Assembly (NCBI GenBank): GCA_934097105.1
Contig: CAKONI010000002.1
Coordinates: forward strand, 12,006 to 76,005
Direction of reading: 5' to 3'
Source of the DNA: an uncultured Bacilli bacterium
Lineage (GTDB): Bacteria; Bacillota_I; Bacilli_A; RF39; UBA660
DNA: 64,000 bases
Positions 9,585-18,375 of the stretch are shown here, piece by piece (positions within the stretch are counted from its first letter, which is position 1; the number at the start of each line of letters is the position of its first letter). The notes below the pieces were generated by a model that saw only the letters and a list, made by a program, of their open reading frames with translations, ran no database searches and was not told the origin of the DNA. The position numbers were made by a program, and so were the translations under genes.

Positions 9585-10331
9585 TTAATTTCCTCCTGCT
9601 GATAGGGTTTTTATTACTGTTTCTGCTAAAGTATTTACTACTTCACTATTTGTATTTTCTTCTTTGGTTCCTATCATATATACTACATTATTTATAACAA
9701 CTGCATATCTATTGTCTACGATTAGGTGTCCGTTTGATGTGTAATTGTATGCAAGGCCATATACGTATTTATCTCCGATATTTCCGCCTACTAAGTCGAT
9801 TGTTATTTTAAGATCGGGATATTCTTTTCTCATGTAGTCAGTGAAACTGTTTAAAAATTGTACTCCGTTGTTGAATTTTTCATATTTTCCTACGATTACG
9901 TATGGTATTGTGGCATTGTTTTCTTTTAAATTTTGAGTTACATAAATAAATCCATCTTTGTCGGTTGCTACTTGGTAACCACTTGGGTATTCAAATGATA
10001 ATCCTAGATTGCTATCTTTATAAGTTGTGTAGCCATTATTTTGTGATGGTTCGGTTGTTCCTGGGTTTGACGTAGGATTATCTTGATTGTTGTTGTTATT
10101 GTTACTAGTTCTATTTTGAGTAAATAGCAAAAATAATATGAATAGTACTGCAAATATGAATAGATATCTATACATATCGTTTTTATCTTTCTTTTTTGTT
10201 TTTGGTTTAGTTTCTACCCTTTTTGTTTCTTTTTTGCTTTCATTATTGTTTAGTTCATATCCACATTTTGGACAGGTTTCTGCTTTATCGCTTATTTTAT
10301 TATTACATTCTGGACATTTTATAAGTGCCAT
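9585..10331 (-). CDS. zinc-ribbon, single-pass membrane protein with extracytoplasmic domain
   Basis: The N-terminus 'MALIKCPECNNKISDKAETCPKCG' is paralogous to that of the next gene ('MALVKCKECKK...CPHCG'). It has one TM helix, a poly-Asn linker and a ~150-aa C-terminal domain. Its stop is 1 nt from the PrsW-fusion start. Confidence 0.6.
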   Translation of the reverse strand: MALIKCPECNNKISDKAETCPKCGYELNNNESKKETKRVETKPKTKKKDKNDMYRYLFIFAVLFILFLLFTQNRTSNNNNNNQDNPTSNPGTTEPSQNNGYTTYKDSNLGLSFEYPSGYQVATDKDGFIYVTQNLKENNATIPYVIVGKYEKFNNGVQFLNSFTDYMRKEYPDLKITIDLVGGNIGDKYVYGLAYNYTSNGHLIVDNRYAVVINNVVYMIGTKEENTNSEVVNTLAETVIKTLSAGGN

Positions 10332-10705
10332 GTGAACTCCTCCTTTTCTTTAAACTAATTATAGATTAAAATGTTTTGTTTAACAATTGACTTGCCAAAG
10401 TATGCATTGTTTTTGCTGGTAAATATATCAATATTAGTATTTTTATTTGTATTATTTTTATACATTTATTTTTATTTTATATATGTAAGGAACCTAATAC
10501 TTGATATAAAGAGGAGAATAAGTTTTTTGTGATGAATAATTAATATATCTACATTCATAGGAGGTTGATAGTATTTTGAAAATAAGATTTTAGGAAAAAG
10601 TTAATGGATGGAAGCATTAGTTACAAGTTAGGTAGAATTATAGAGTATATATTTATTTTTTTATTCTAACTTAAATCTATTATACTAAGTAAAGGAGAAA
10701 AAATT

Positions 10706-11656
10706 ATGAAAAATGAAATTGTATTATTTGAAAATCAAGATGTAAAACTTGAGGTTAATATGAAAGATGAGACTGTATGGTTATCATTAGAGCAAATGGC
10801 TAGATTATTTGGTAGAGATAATTCTGTTATTTCTAGACATATTAAAAATGCATTAAGAGAATAGTTATATGATTCAACTGTTGCAAATTTTGCAAAAGTT
10901 CAAAATGAGGGCAACAGAAATGTAACACGTAATATTGATTATTATAACTTAGATATGATTATTAGTGTTGGTTATCGTGTTAAAAGTCAAAATGGTGTTA
11001 TTTTTAGAAAATGGGCAAATAAAATATTAAAAGACTTTTTGCTAAAAGGATATACTGTTAATCAAAAGAGATTAGAATATCTTGAAAAAACTATAAAATT
11101 AATTGATATTGCTGGAAGAATAGATACTGAGTTAAAGGGTGATGAAGCAAAAGAAATAATTAAAGTAATAAATACTTATTCAAATGCTTTAAATTTGCTT
11201 GATGATTATGATCATAAAAGAATTGTTAAACCGAATGGAACTAAAAATAATAAACAAGTTACTTATGAGGATTGTATGAATGTTGTTAATAAACTTAAAT
11301 TTAATAGTGATAGTGATTTATTTGCACTTGAGCGAAATAAAGGTTTAGAAGCAATAATAGGTACAATATATTAATCTTTTGATGGTAGTGATTTATACCC
11401 TACTGTGCAAGAAAAAGATCCTAATTTTCTTTATTTAATTGCTAAAAATCATACTTTTATTGATGGTAATAAAAGAATCGCTGCTACGCTATTTATTTAC
11501 TTTTTGGAATTTTATAATATTTTATATAATGAAAATGGACAAGTTATTGATAATAATACTCTTGTTGCGATTACGCTTCTTATTGCACAATCTAATCCTA
11601 AAGAAAAGGAAATACTAATTGATTTAGTAATGAACTTTTTAAAAAATGATGATTGA
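10706..11656 (+). pseudogene. RhuM-family / Fic-DOC domain protein gene with two in-frame stop codons
   Basis: All of 10706-11656 stays in one reading frame. The RhuM-like N-terminus has 'YYNLDMIISVGYRVKS' and the Fic-type motif is 'HTFIDGNKRIAA'. The frame is broken only by TAG (10862-10864) and TAA (11372-11374). Confidence 0.75.
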
Positions 11657-11676
11657 TTAAAAAAAATTAGAAATAA

Positions 11677-11708
11677 AAAGTGTCTTTATTATGCTCAAAG
11701 AGTTGCTT
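11677..11708. other. attR-like junction of the inserted element
   Basis: AAAGTGTCT (11677-11685) is followed 10 nt later by the core CAAAGAGTTGCTT (11696-11708). The host ATPase frame resumes here. Confidence 0.65.
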
Positions 11709-12040
11709 TAATTAGGACACTTGCTCTTAATCCTGATATACTTTTGTTGGATGAACCTTTTTCTGCTCTTGATTATCAAACTAGACTTTCTTTGTCTGAT
11801 GATTTGAAGAAGATAATTAATGATGAGGGGAAAACTGCTATTATGGTTACTCATGATATTGCGGAGGCTATTAGTATGTCTGATAAAGTTATTGTTATTA
11901 CGAATAGACCTGGTAAAATTAAAGAAATTATTGATATAAATTTAGAGAGTGTTAAGACTCCTACTGAGAATAGAAAAGATAAATATTTTACTAAATATTA
12001 TGAAAAGATATGGAAAGAGTTAGATAATCATGTACAGTGA
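11696..12040 (+). pseudogene. ABC transporter ATP-binding protein, 3' fragment
   Basis: From 11696 the frame reads 'QRVALIRTLALNPDILLLDEPFSALD...MVTHD' (end of signature, Walker B, H-loop). It overlaps the permease start as in an intact operon. Confidence 0.85.
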
Positions 12041-12812
12041 TGAGCATAAAATATATTTAAAAAAGGAAAAAAGAAATAAAAGGACTATACTTTTTTTTAA
12101 AATATTTATATTAATTTTCTTTTTAGGACTTTGGGAGGTTACTGCAAGATATGAGATAATTAATCCGTTTTTAACTTCTTATCCATCTAAAGTTGTTGTT
12201 ACTGTTTTAAATTTGTTTAAGGAAAATAATTTAATTTCTCATATATGGGTTACTGTTTATGAAACTTTGATTAGTTTTTCTCTGGCTAGTTTAATTGGGG
12301 TTTTAATTGCGAGTATTTTGCAAAGCAGTAAGACTATATCTAAAATACTTGATCCTTATTTAACTGTACTTAATTCTCTTCCTAAGATATCTCTTGGTCC
12401 ACTTATTATAATTTGGATTGGGGCGAATGTTAATTCTATTATATTTATGGCTTTACTTATTTCAGTTTTTACTACCATTATAAATATGTATAATGCTTTT
12501 CAATCTACTGATAACTCCAAAATAGTGCTTATGAAATCTTTTGGGGCTAGTAGAATGCAGATTTTTACTAAACTTATTTTGAGGGGTAATGTTCCTAGTT
12601 TAGTAAATGCTCTTAAGATTAATATAAGTTTATCTTTAATAGGTGTGATTATGGGAGAACTTCTTGTATCTAAACAGGGTCTTGGATATTTAATTACTTA
12701 TGGTTCTCAAATATTTAATTTAAATCTTGTTATTACTTCGATTTTTATTCTAGGAATAATTTCTTATCTTTTATATATTGCTATCGATTTTTTGGAAAGA
12801 AAAATAAAATAA
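12030..12812 (+). CDS. ABC transporter permease (NitT/TauT family)
   Basis: Six-TM profile with a BPD-transporter-type loop, 'SKILDPYLTVLNSLPKISLGPLIIIWIG'. Its start overlaps the ATPase 3' fragment. Confidence 0.85.
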   Translation: MYSDEHKIYLKKEKRNKRTILFFKIFILIFFLGLWEVTARYEIINPFLTSYPSKVVVTVLNLFKENNLISHIWVTVYETLISFSLASLIGVLIASILQSSKTISKILDPYLTVLNSLPKISLGPLIIIWIGANVNSIIFMALLISVFTTIINMYNAFQSTDNSKIVLMKSFGASRMQIFTKLILRGNVPSLVNALKINISLSLIGVIMGELLVSKQGLGYLITYGSQIFNLNLVITSIFILGIISYLLYIAIDFLERKIK

Positions 12813-12815
12813 TTA

Positions 12816-12845
12816 AAATACTAGTGGTTTCTAGTATTTTTTTTT
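12816..12845 (+). terminator. rho-independent terminator of the ABC importer operon
   Basis: Stem AAATACTAG / CTAGTATTT, loop TGGTTT, followed by a T-run. Confidence 0.7.
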
Positions 12846-12871
12846 GATAAATAATGTATTTATATAAAGTA

Positions 12872-12910
12872 AAAGTACTAAGTTTTATAAAATTATATTA
12901 CTTAGTACTT
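12872..12910. repeat. conserved palindromic terminator element, copy A
   Basis: AAAGTACTAAGT-N16-ACTTAGTACTT, with a 10-bp stem, 9 nt 3' of the minus-strand stop at 12920. On the minus strand TTTT follows it. Confidence 0.7.
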
Positions 12911-12919
12911 GTTTTTTAG

Positions 12920-13612
12920 TTATTGTATATTAAAGAAATTATCTATACCTACTGCTCCGTCATAGTAATAGTTTATAATTTCAGCACATAGTTTTAGATT
13001 TTCTTTATTTATTTTATTATTTTGTTTGTATTCTGTTAGTATTCGATTGAATAAAATATCATAATAGAATATTATTGAACCATATTTTGAATTTATTAGT
13101 ACATTTACTAGTGAATCTATTTTTGCTTTTATATCATCTTCTAAATTTGATAGTAAGTAATCATTGATATTTACTGTTTCTCCACTTATTTTAGCGGTAT
13201 CTCCTAGTATTTCTGATAGTTTTTTTTGTAGTGGTAGTTTTTCATTTTTTATATCGTCCATTAGGTAGTTTTTATATTGTAATGTTTTTTCTACAGTATA
13301 TTGGGAAATTTCTTTTTCTTTGTTTTCAATATTTTTTGGAATTGTGTCTCCCACTACGAAGTCTTTGTCTTCTGTTTTGTTAAATTCTAATATTTCTTCA
13401 TTTTTAATATCAATTAGAGCCCAATATTCAGGTTTTATGCTTTCTTCTTTGCTCCATATATTATCTGTGTCTTTTGTTAGTGCTACTCCAATATATAATT
13501 TTTCTTGTTCTACTCTTAACATTGGATATAATGGAATGTAGTTTTCCAATCCTTTTTTTTCTTTTTCTTTGTTTACAATGCTTAAATATTTGTCTAAGTT
13601 TAAATCATTCAT
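12920..13612 (-). CDS. hypothetical cytoplasmic protein translationally coupled to the sigma factor gene
   Basis: 230 aa with no TM segment. Its start overlaps the sigma gene stop by 8 nt. Confidence 0.55.
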   Translation of the reverse strand: MNDLNLDKYLSIVNKEKEKKGLENYIPLYPMLRVEQEKLYIGVALTKDTDNIWSKEESIKPEYWALIDIKNEEILEFNKTEDKDFVVGDTIPKNIENKEKEISQYTVEKTLQYKNYLMDDIKNEKLPLQKKLSEILGDTAKISGETVNINDYLLSNLEDDIKAKIDSLVNVLINSKYGSIIFYYDILFNRILTEYKQNNKINKENLKLCAEIINYYYDGAVGIDNFFNIQ

Positions 13613-14078
13613 AATATCTCTCCTTTATTTTTTTTCTTGCATTATATAAATAATATTTTATATTTGCTTCTTTAGTATTTAGTTTTATACTAATTTCTTT
13701 TATTGAAAGGTCGTTTATGTAATATAATTTAAATGATTCTTGTTCTTTGGATGTTAAGCCAATGTCATTTAGATTGTTTATAATTTCTTTATATATAATT
13801 TTATCGATCATTTCTACTTCATAACTTGATTGAAATTGCTCTTCAAATCTTATATTATTTTTTTCTTTAATATAGTTTTTTGCTTTGGTGCACCATAAAT
13901 TATAAGCAATTTTCCATATTAAATTTTCTAATTTTTCTACTTTTATATCTTTGTTTAAATATTCAAATATTGATAAAAATACATTATTAGTTAGATCTTC
14001 AGCATCTTCTTTATTGTTTGTTTTTTTTAATGACCAATTATATATTTTGTAATAATATTCATCATAAATTTTATCCAT
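13605..14078 (-). CDS. RNA polymerase sigma-70 family factor (ECF-like, regions 2 and 4 only)
   Basis: Region-2-like 'EDAEDLTNNVFLSIFEY' and region-4 HTH 'LSIKEISIKLNTKEANIKYYLYNARKKIKE'. 157 aa. Confidence 0.8.
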   Translation of the reverse strand: MDKIYDEYYYKIYNWSLKKTNNKEDAEDLTNNVFLSIFEYLNKDIKVEKLENLIWKIAYNLWCTKAKNYIKEKNNIRFEEQFQSSYEVEMIDKIIYKEIINNLNDIGLTSKEQESFKLYYINDLSIKEISIKLNTKEANIKYYLYNARKKIKERYYE

Positions 14079-14139
14079 AAATACCGCCTTTCACTTATAT
14101 AGTAATTTTTTTTAGAAAATGGTTAGTTATTATTTTATA

Positions 14140-14176
14140 AAAGTACTAAGTATTGAAATTATATTACTTAGTACTT
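14140..14176. repeat. conserved palindromic terminator element, copy B
   Basis: AAAGTACTAAGT-N14-ACTTAGTACTT, 11 nt 3' of the stop at 14188. It shares ATTATATTACTTAGTACT with copies A and C. Confidence 0.7.
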
Positions 14177-14187
14177 TATATTTTATT

Positions 14188-16791
14188 TTATGAAAGGGTA
14201 AATTTCTTGGCGAAAGAAGGGTTGGATTCATAAATGGTTTCTGAGGCTCCGTAAAGTCTTTCACCCGTATTAGAAAGTGTGCCTGTTTTTTTAGGTATGC
14301 TTATAGTCCATGATAATGCTTCTGTATTTTCTCCGGCACCTTTGAACATATTATACATATTTGTTACACTTGAAGTATCCCAGCGTGATAAATCTAAATT
14401 AAATGTTTCGGCTTCATAGGAACCTGCATAGGCAAACATTTGAACCATACTTGTTACTTTTGAGGTGTCCCAACCATCTAAAATTAAGTTAAAGTCGGTG
14501 GAGTAAGCACCAGCAAAAGCGAACATACCACCCATGTTTGTTACATTTGATGTATCCCAGCGTGACAAATCTAAGTTAAAAGTTGTTATATTTTTACCCA
14601 CGTAACTAAACATTCCAGACATATCTGTTACCTTTGATGTATTCCAGTTTGATATATTTCCTAAAGTCCAAGTTTTGGAATTTTGTCCTATGCTATCAAA
14701 CATATGCATCATATTTGTTACATTTGAGGTATCCCATGAAGATAAATCACCAACATTCCAAGTGCTTGCATTTGCTCCTGCATTGTAGAACATATTACTT
14801 ATGTCTGTTACTTTTGATGTATTTAAATTAGACAAGTTTAATTTAAATGATAAAACATTTTTTCCTGCATTGTAGAACATGTAACTCATGTCTGTTACAT
14901 TTGATGTATCTAAGTTAGTGAAATCACCTTTTTCCATATTAGTGAAGCCATCGAACCAATATGCTGTAGAAGTAGGTTTTATTGTTCTTCCTATTTCTAC
15001 GCTTTTTACATTTATGCGTTCATTTTTCCATATTACTGGACTACTATTAAATGTATATGGATTATCATTATCCATTGCAACATATTTATTAGTGACTGCT
15101 CCGTGTTTTGATATGTTGGCACTTCTATCTTTTAGTTGTTCATTTATTATTAATGTTCCATCATTATATAGTGTTGTCATTTCATTTACTAATTTTACTG
15201 TACATGTTGTATTACTTGTTACATTGTTTAATGTTAAAATTTTGTTATTATAAGTTCCTGTTTGATTGTTTGTACAATTAACATAAGCACTTGTGTAGTC
15301 TTCTCCGATTGGTGTTATATTGAAAGCTGTGTTTGTATTATAATCAATTGTCTTAGAAGCAGTTTCAACTGTACCATTTTGTACTACTACACTTACTGTA
15401 ACTGTTTCTTTTACAGTTATTTGTTGTGTTATTTCTATATTGCCTGTACATGTTATTTTTACACTTGTTACATCTTTTGTTAGTGGTGTATTTGGTGAGA
15501 ATGTACATGTACCATTTTCTATTTCTTCTTTTATATTTAATGTATTTTTACTGTTATCATTATATGTTGCTTCTACTTCCATACCAGTTGGATCAAATGT
15601 TTCTCCTTCTTGGTATATTGTTTTTGTCGCTGGTGTTTTTGCTGTTATTCCTGTTATGTATTTATTTACTACAGTTATGTTTTGATCTACACTTTTTCCG
15701 CTACAAGTAATTGTTACTTTTGTATCATTCTTTGAAAGTTCTCCATTTGGATTAATTGTACATTTATTATTACTTACTTCTTCACTTACGTTTTTATCTA
15801 CTGTAGTTCCATCACTATATTTATAAGTGATAACCATTCCATCACTATTAAACCTTTCTCCTTCGATGTATTCTTTCTTTGTTGCCTCAGTTTTTATACT
15901 TATATTTTCTAGCGTTACTTCTTTTGCATTTACTGTAACACTAACACTAGTTTGATCATTTCCACATTTAACTATTACTTTATCAGTTCCTACTGTTAAT
16001 TGATCTGGAACAAATTTACAAATATCTTTAGTGACGTCTAATTCTTCTGTTAGTTCATTATTGTATTTTACTTTTATCTTCATTCCTGTTGGATCGAAGT
16101 ATTCTCCGTCTTCATATATACCTTTATTAGGTTTGCTTGTTATTTCTGTTATTTCTTCGATTGTTTTTTCGCTTACTTTAATAGATTGGGTAGCAAATAC
16201 ACCTTCACAGGTAATTCTTATTTGTGTTGTATCTTTTTCTATTTTGCTTGGTGAGAATGTACAACCTTTTCCATCTTGGATTTCTGCTGAATCTCCTGTA
16301 TTATATGTTACTTTTAACTTCATTCCTGTTGGGTCAAAAGTTTCTCCTTCGATGTATTCTGTTTTTGTTGGCATTGTGGTTATATCTAGATTTGTTGGTA
16401 TTTTGTTTGTTGGTGCTTCTGCTTTGATAGGAGCAGCCCATGACCATGAACTGTTATGGTAACCACCATTTTCATCGAACCAATAAAGTGCTACGGCAAA
16501 CTTGTATGTTTCTCCTCTATTTAAGCCGTCATAAACTTTATATCCTGCTCCTCCTTTAGGTCTTAGAATCATTGCTTGGTTGTCTTTATAAGCCCAATTT
16601 GCATTTAAGACTATAATACCACATTTTTCGTATTTACAACTGGCTAAATCATATTCTACTTTTATTTGTGTACTTAGCATGTTTGTTGCTTTTGTTATTT
16701 TTGGTAATTCATCTTCTGCATGGACATTTAGCATGAAACCAAATCCTAAAAACATTATAAATAATGCTAAAATCAAATTTTTCTTTTTCAT
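14188..16791 (-). CDS. secreted modular surface protein: N-terminal beta domain, 4 bacterial Ig-like (Big_3-type) repeats, conserved connector, 7 DUF285/BspA-type repeats
   Basis: Signal peptide 'MKKKNLILALFIMFLGFGFMLNVHA'. Four repeats of the type 'TKTEYIEGETFDPTGMKLKVTY'. The C-terminal units carry 'WDTSNVTNM..MF'. Confidence 0.8.
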   Translation of the reverse strand: MKKKNLILALFIMFLGFGFMLNVHAEDELPKITKATNMLSTQIKVEYDLASCKYEKCGIIVLNANWAYKDNQAMILRPKGGAGYKVYDGLNRGETYKFAVALYWFDENGGYHNSSWSWAAPIKAEAPTNKIPTNLDITTMPTKTEYIEGETFDPTGMKLKVTYNTGDSAEIQDGKGCTFSPSKIEKDTTQIRITCEGVFATQSIKVSEKTIEEITEITSKPNKGIYEDGEYFDPTGMKIKVKYNNELTEELDVTKDICKFVPDQLTVGTDKVIVKCGNDQTSVSVTVNAKEVTLENISIKTEATKKEYIEGERFNSDGMVITYKYSDGTTVDKNVSEEVSNNKCTINPNGELSKNDTKVTITCSGKSVDQNITVVNKYITGITAKTPATKTIYQEGETFDPTGMEVEATYNDNSKNTLNIKEEIENGTCTFSPNTPLTKDVTSVKITCTGNIEITQQITVKETVTVSVVVQNGTVETASKTIDYNTNTAFNITPIGEDYTSAYVNCTNNQTGTYNNKILTLNNVTSNTTCTVKLVNEMTTLYNDGTLIINEQLKDRSANISKHGAVTNKYVAMDNDNPYTFNSSPVIWKNERINVKSVEIGRTIKPTSTAYWFDGFTNMEKGDFTNLDTSNVTDMSYMFYNAGKNVLSFKLNLSNLNTSKVTDISNMFYNAGANASTWNVGDLSSWDTSNVTNMMHMFDSIGQNSKTWTLGNISNWNTSKVTDMSGMFSYVGKNITTFNLDLSRWDTSNVTNMGGMFAFAGAYSTDFNLILDGWDTSKVTSMVQMFAYAGSYEAETFNLDLSRWDTSSVTNMYNMFKGAGENTEALSWTISIPKKTGTLSNTGERLYGASETIYESNPSFAKKFTLS

Positions 16792-16896
16792 TTTTTCCTC
16801 TCCTTTTCATCTATCCTTATTTACGACAATTTTAACATATTTTTGACTTTTTTTGAATGTTTTTTCTGTTTTTATTTTTCATTTTACATTTTGTTT

Positions 16897-16925
16897 ACAT
16901 AAAGTTTTTTTTGTTTACCATACTA
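16897..16925 (+). promoter_or_regulatory. candidate forespore (sigma-G/F-type) promoter of the germinant receptor operon
   Basis: ACATA (16897-16901), a 17-nt spacer, then CATACTA (16919-16925). This compares with the GNATA-N17/18-CATNNTA pattern. It lies 20 nt upstream of the gerA-type start. Confidence 0.4.
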
Positions 16926-16944
16926 ATTATAAAGGTGTGATTAT

Positions 16945-18375
16945 ATGCTAGATAAACAAATTAAAATGATTAAGGATCATTATAAAAATTCTCCGGATAT
17001 TGTTTTTAGAAAAATTGATATTAAAAGTAAGAAAATTGTATTTGTTTTTAATGATACTTTATGTAAAGGTGATAATATAAATGATTTTATTCTTAAGCCT
17101 CTTACTAATTTTGATAAGAAAATTACTAGAGACAATATTTTGAATCATTTGGAAAGTCAAATACCTGAGAGTAATATTGTTAGTATAAAAGATAAAGATG
17201 ATCTTTTAATAAAAATTGGTTCTGGATTTACTGTTATTTTGTTTGAAAAGGAAAAGCCTTTTGCTGTTGAGACTAGAGATGTTTTGTCTAGAAATATTTC
17301 TGAGCCTTTGACTGAGCAGACTATAAGTGGTCCAAAAGATGCTTTTACTGAGAATTATAAAACTAATATTGGACTTATTAGGAAAAGAATTAAAACTAGT
17401 AATTTGGTTTTAGAAGAGTTTGATGTTGGTAAGGAGACTGTTACTAAAGTTGGGATTTTCTACATGGATAATATTATTGAAAAGGATCTTTTGGAGGAAA
17501 TTAAAAGCAGAATTAAGAGTATTAATATTGATGGTATTTTTGATAGTACTTATATTAGAGAAATTATTGAGGATAATCATAGTGTTTTTCCGACTATTGA
17601 AACTAGTGAGAGGCCTGATACTACGGCGATGGCTCTTCTTGATGGAAAGGTTTGTATTTCTGTAGATGGTTCGCCTTATTTTCTTATTATTCCTACTTTT
17701 TTTACTGATTTGTTTCATGCTAGTGAGGATAATTATCAGAATTATAAGAATGTTACTTTTACTAGATGTATTAGATTTCTTGCTTTTTTAATTGCGATTG
17801 TTCTTCCGGCTTTTTACATTGCTATTATTACATATAATCATGAAACTATTCCTGCTACTTTGCTTATTAATTTTGCTGCTCAGCGGGAGGGAGTTCCTTT
17901 TCCACCTATTATTGAGGCTCTTGGTCTTACTTTAGTTTTTGAAATTCTTCGTGAAAGTGATATTAGGATGCCTCATCTATCGGGTACTGCTATTTCTATA
18001 CTTGGTGCAATTGTTCTTGGTGATGCAGCGGTTTCAGCGGGTATTGCTTCTCCGATTATGGTTATTGTTATTGCTCTTTCTGCTATTTCTTCTCTTATGT
18101 TTTCTCATATTGGGATGGTAAATGCGATAAGAGTTTGGAGAATTATATTTATGCTTTTTGCCACTTTAGCGGGCATTATTGGTGTTTTTTTAGCAGGATT
18201 TCTTCTTACTATTAATTTATCTTCTTTAAGTTCTATTAAAAAGCCTTATTTGTACCCTCTTATACCGCTTAATAAGAAGTTTTTGTTTAGTAGTTTAGGA
18301 AAGGATTCAATAAAAAAAGATAATAAGCGTATGCCTATTCTTACTGATAAAAATTATACAAGGAGCAAATTATGA
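16945..18375 (+). CDS. spore germination protein, GerA/GerKA (A subunit) family
   Basis: 476 aa. The soluble N-terminal domain has 'ISGPKDAFTENYKTNIGLIRKRI'. The C-terminal TM bundle has 'REGVPFPPIIEAL' and 'RESDIRMP'. Confidence 0.9.
   Translation: MLDKQIKMIKDHYKNSPDIVFRKIDIKSKKIVFVFNDTLCKGDNINDFILKPLTNFDKKITRDNILNHLESQIPESNIVSIKDKDDLLIKIGSGFTVILFEKEKPFAVETRDVLSRNISEPLTEQTISGPKDAFTENYKTNIGLIRKRIKTSNLVLEEFDVGKETVTKVGIFYMDNIIEKDLLEEIKSRIKSINIDGIFDSTYIREIIEDNHSVFPTIETSERPDTTAMALLDGKVCISVDGSPYFLIIPTFFTDLFHASEDNYQNYKNVTFTRCIRFLAFLIAIVLPAFYIAIITYNHETIPATLLINFAAQREGVPFPPIIEALGLTLVFEILRESDIRMPHLSGTAISILGAIVLGDAAVSAGIASPIMVIVIALSAISSLMFSHIGMVNAIRVWRIIFMLFATLAGIIGVFLAGFLLTINLSSLSSIKKPYLYPLIPLNKKFLFSSLGKDSIKKDNKRMPILTDKNYTRSKL

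Larger units (their letters stand above)
5791..11708. mobile_element. ~5.9-kb integrated element (serine-recombinase island or degraded prophage) inserted in the ABC ATPase gene
   Basis: The host gene is split. The 13-nt direct repeat CAAAG[G/A]GTTGCTT occurs at both junctions, with 9-bp terminal inverted repeats 10-11 nt inside each junction. A large serine recombinase is encoded within. Confidence 0.8.

Noticed and set aside
10955-11656. Track ORFs 10955..11374 and 11405..11656 treated as two independent genes
   Set aside because: They share one frame with 10706..10861. Together they reconstitute a single RhuM-Fic/DOC architecture, and neither has its own SD sequence.
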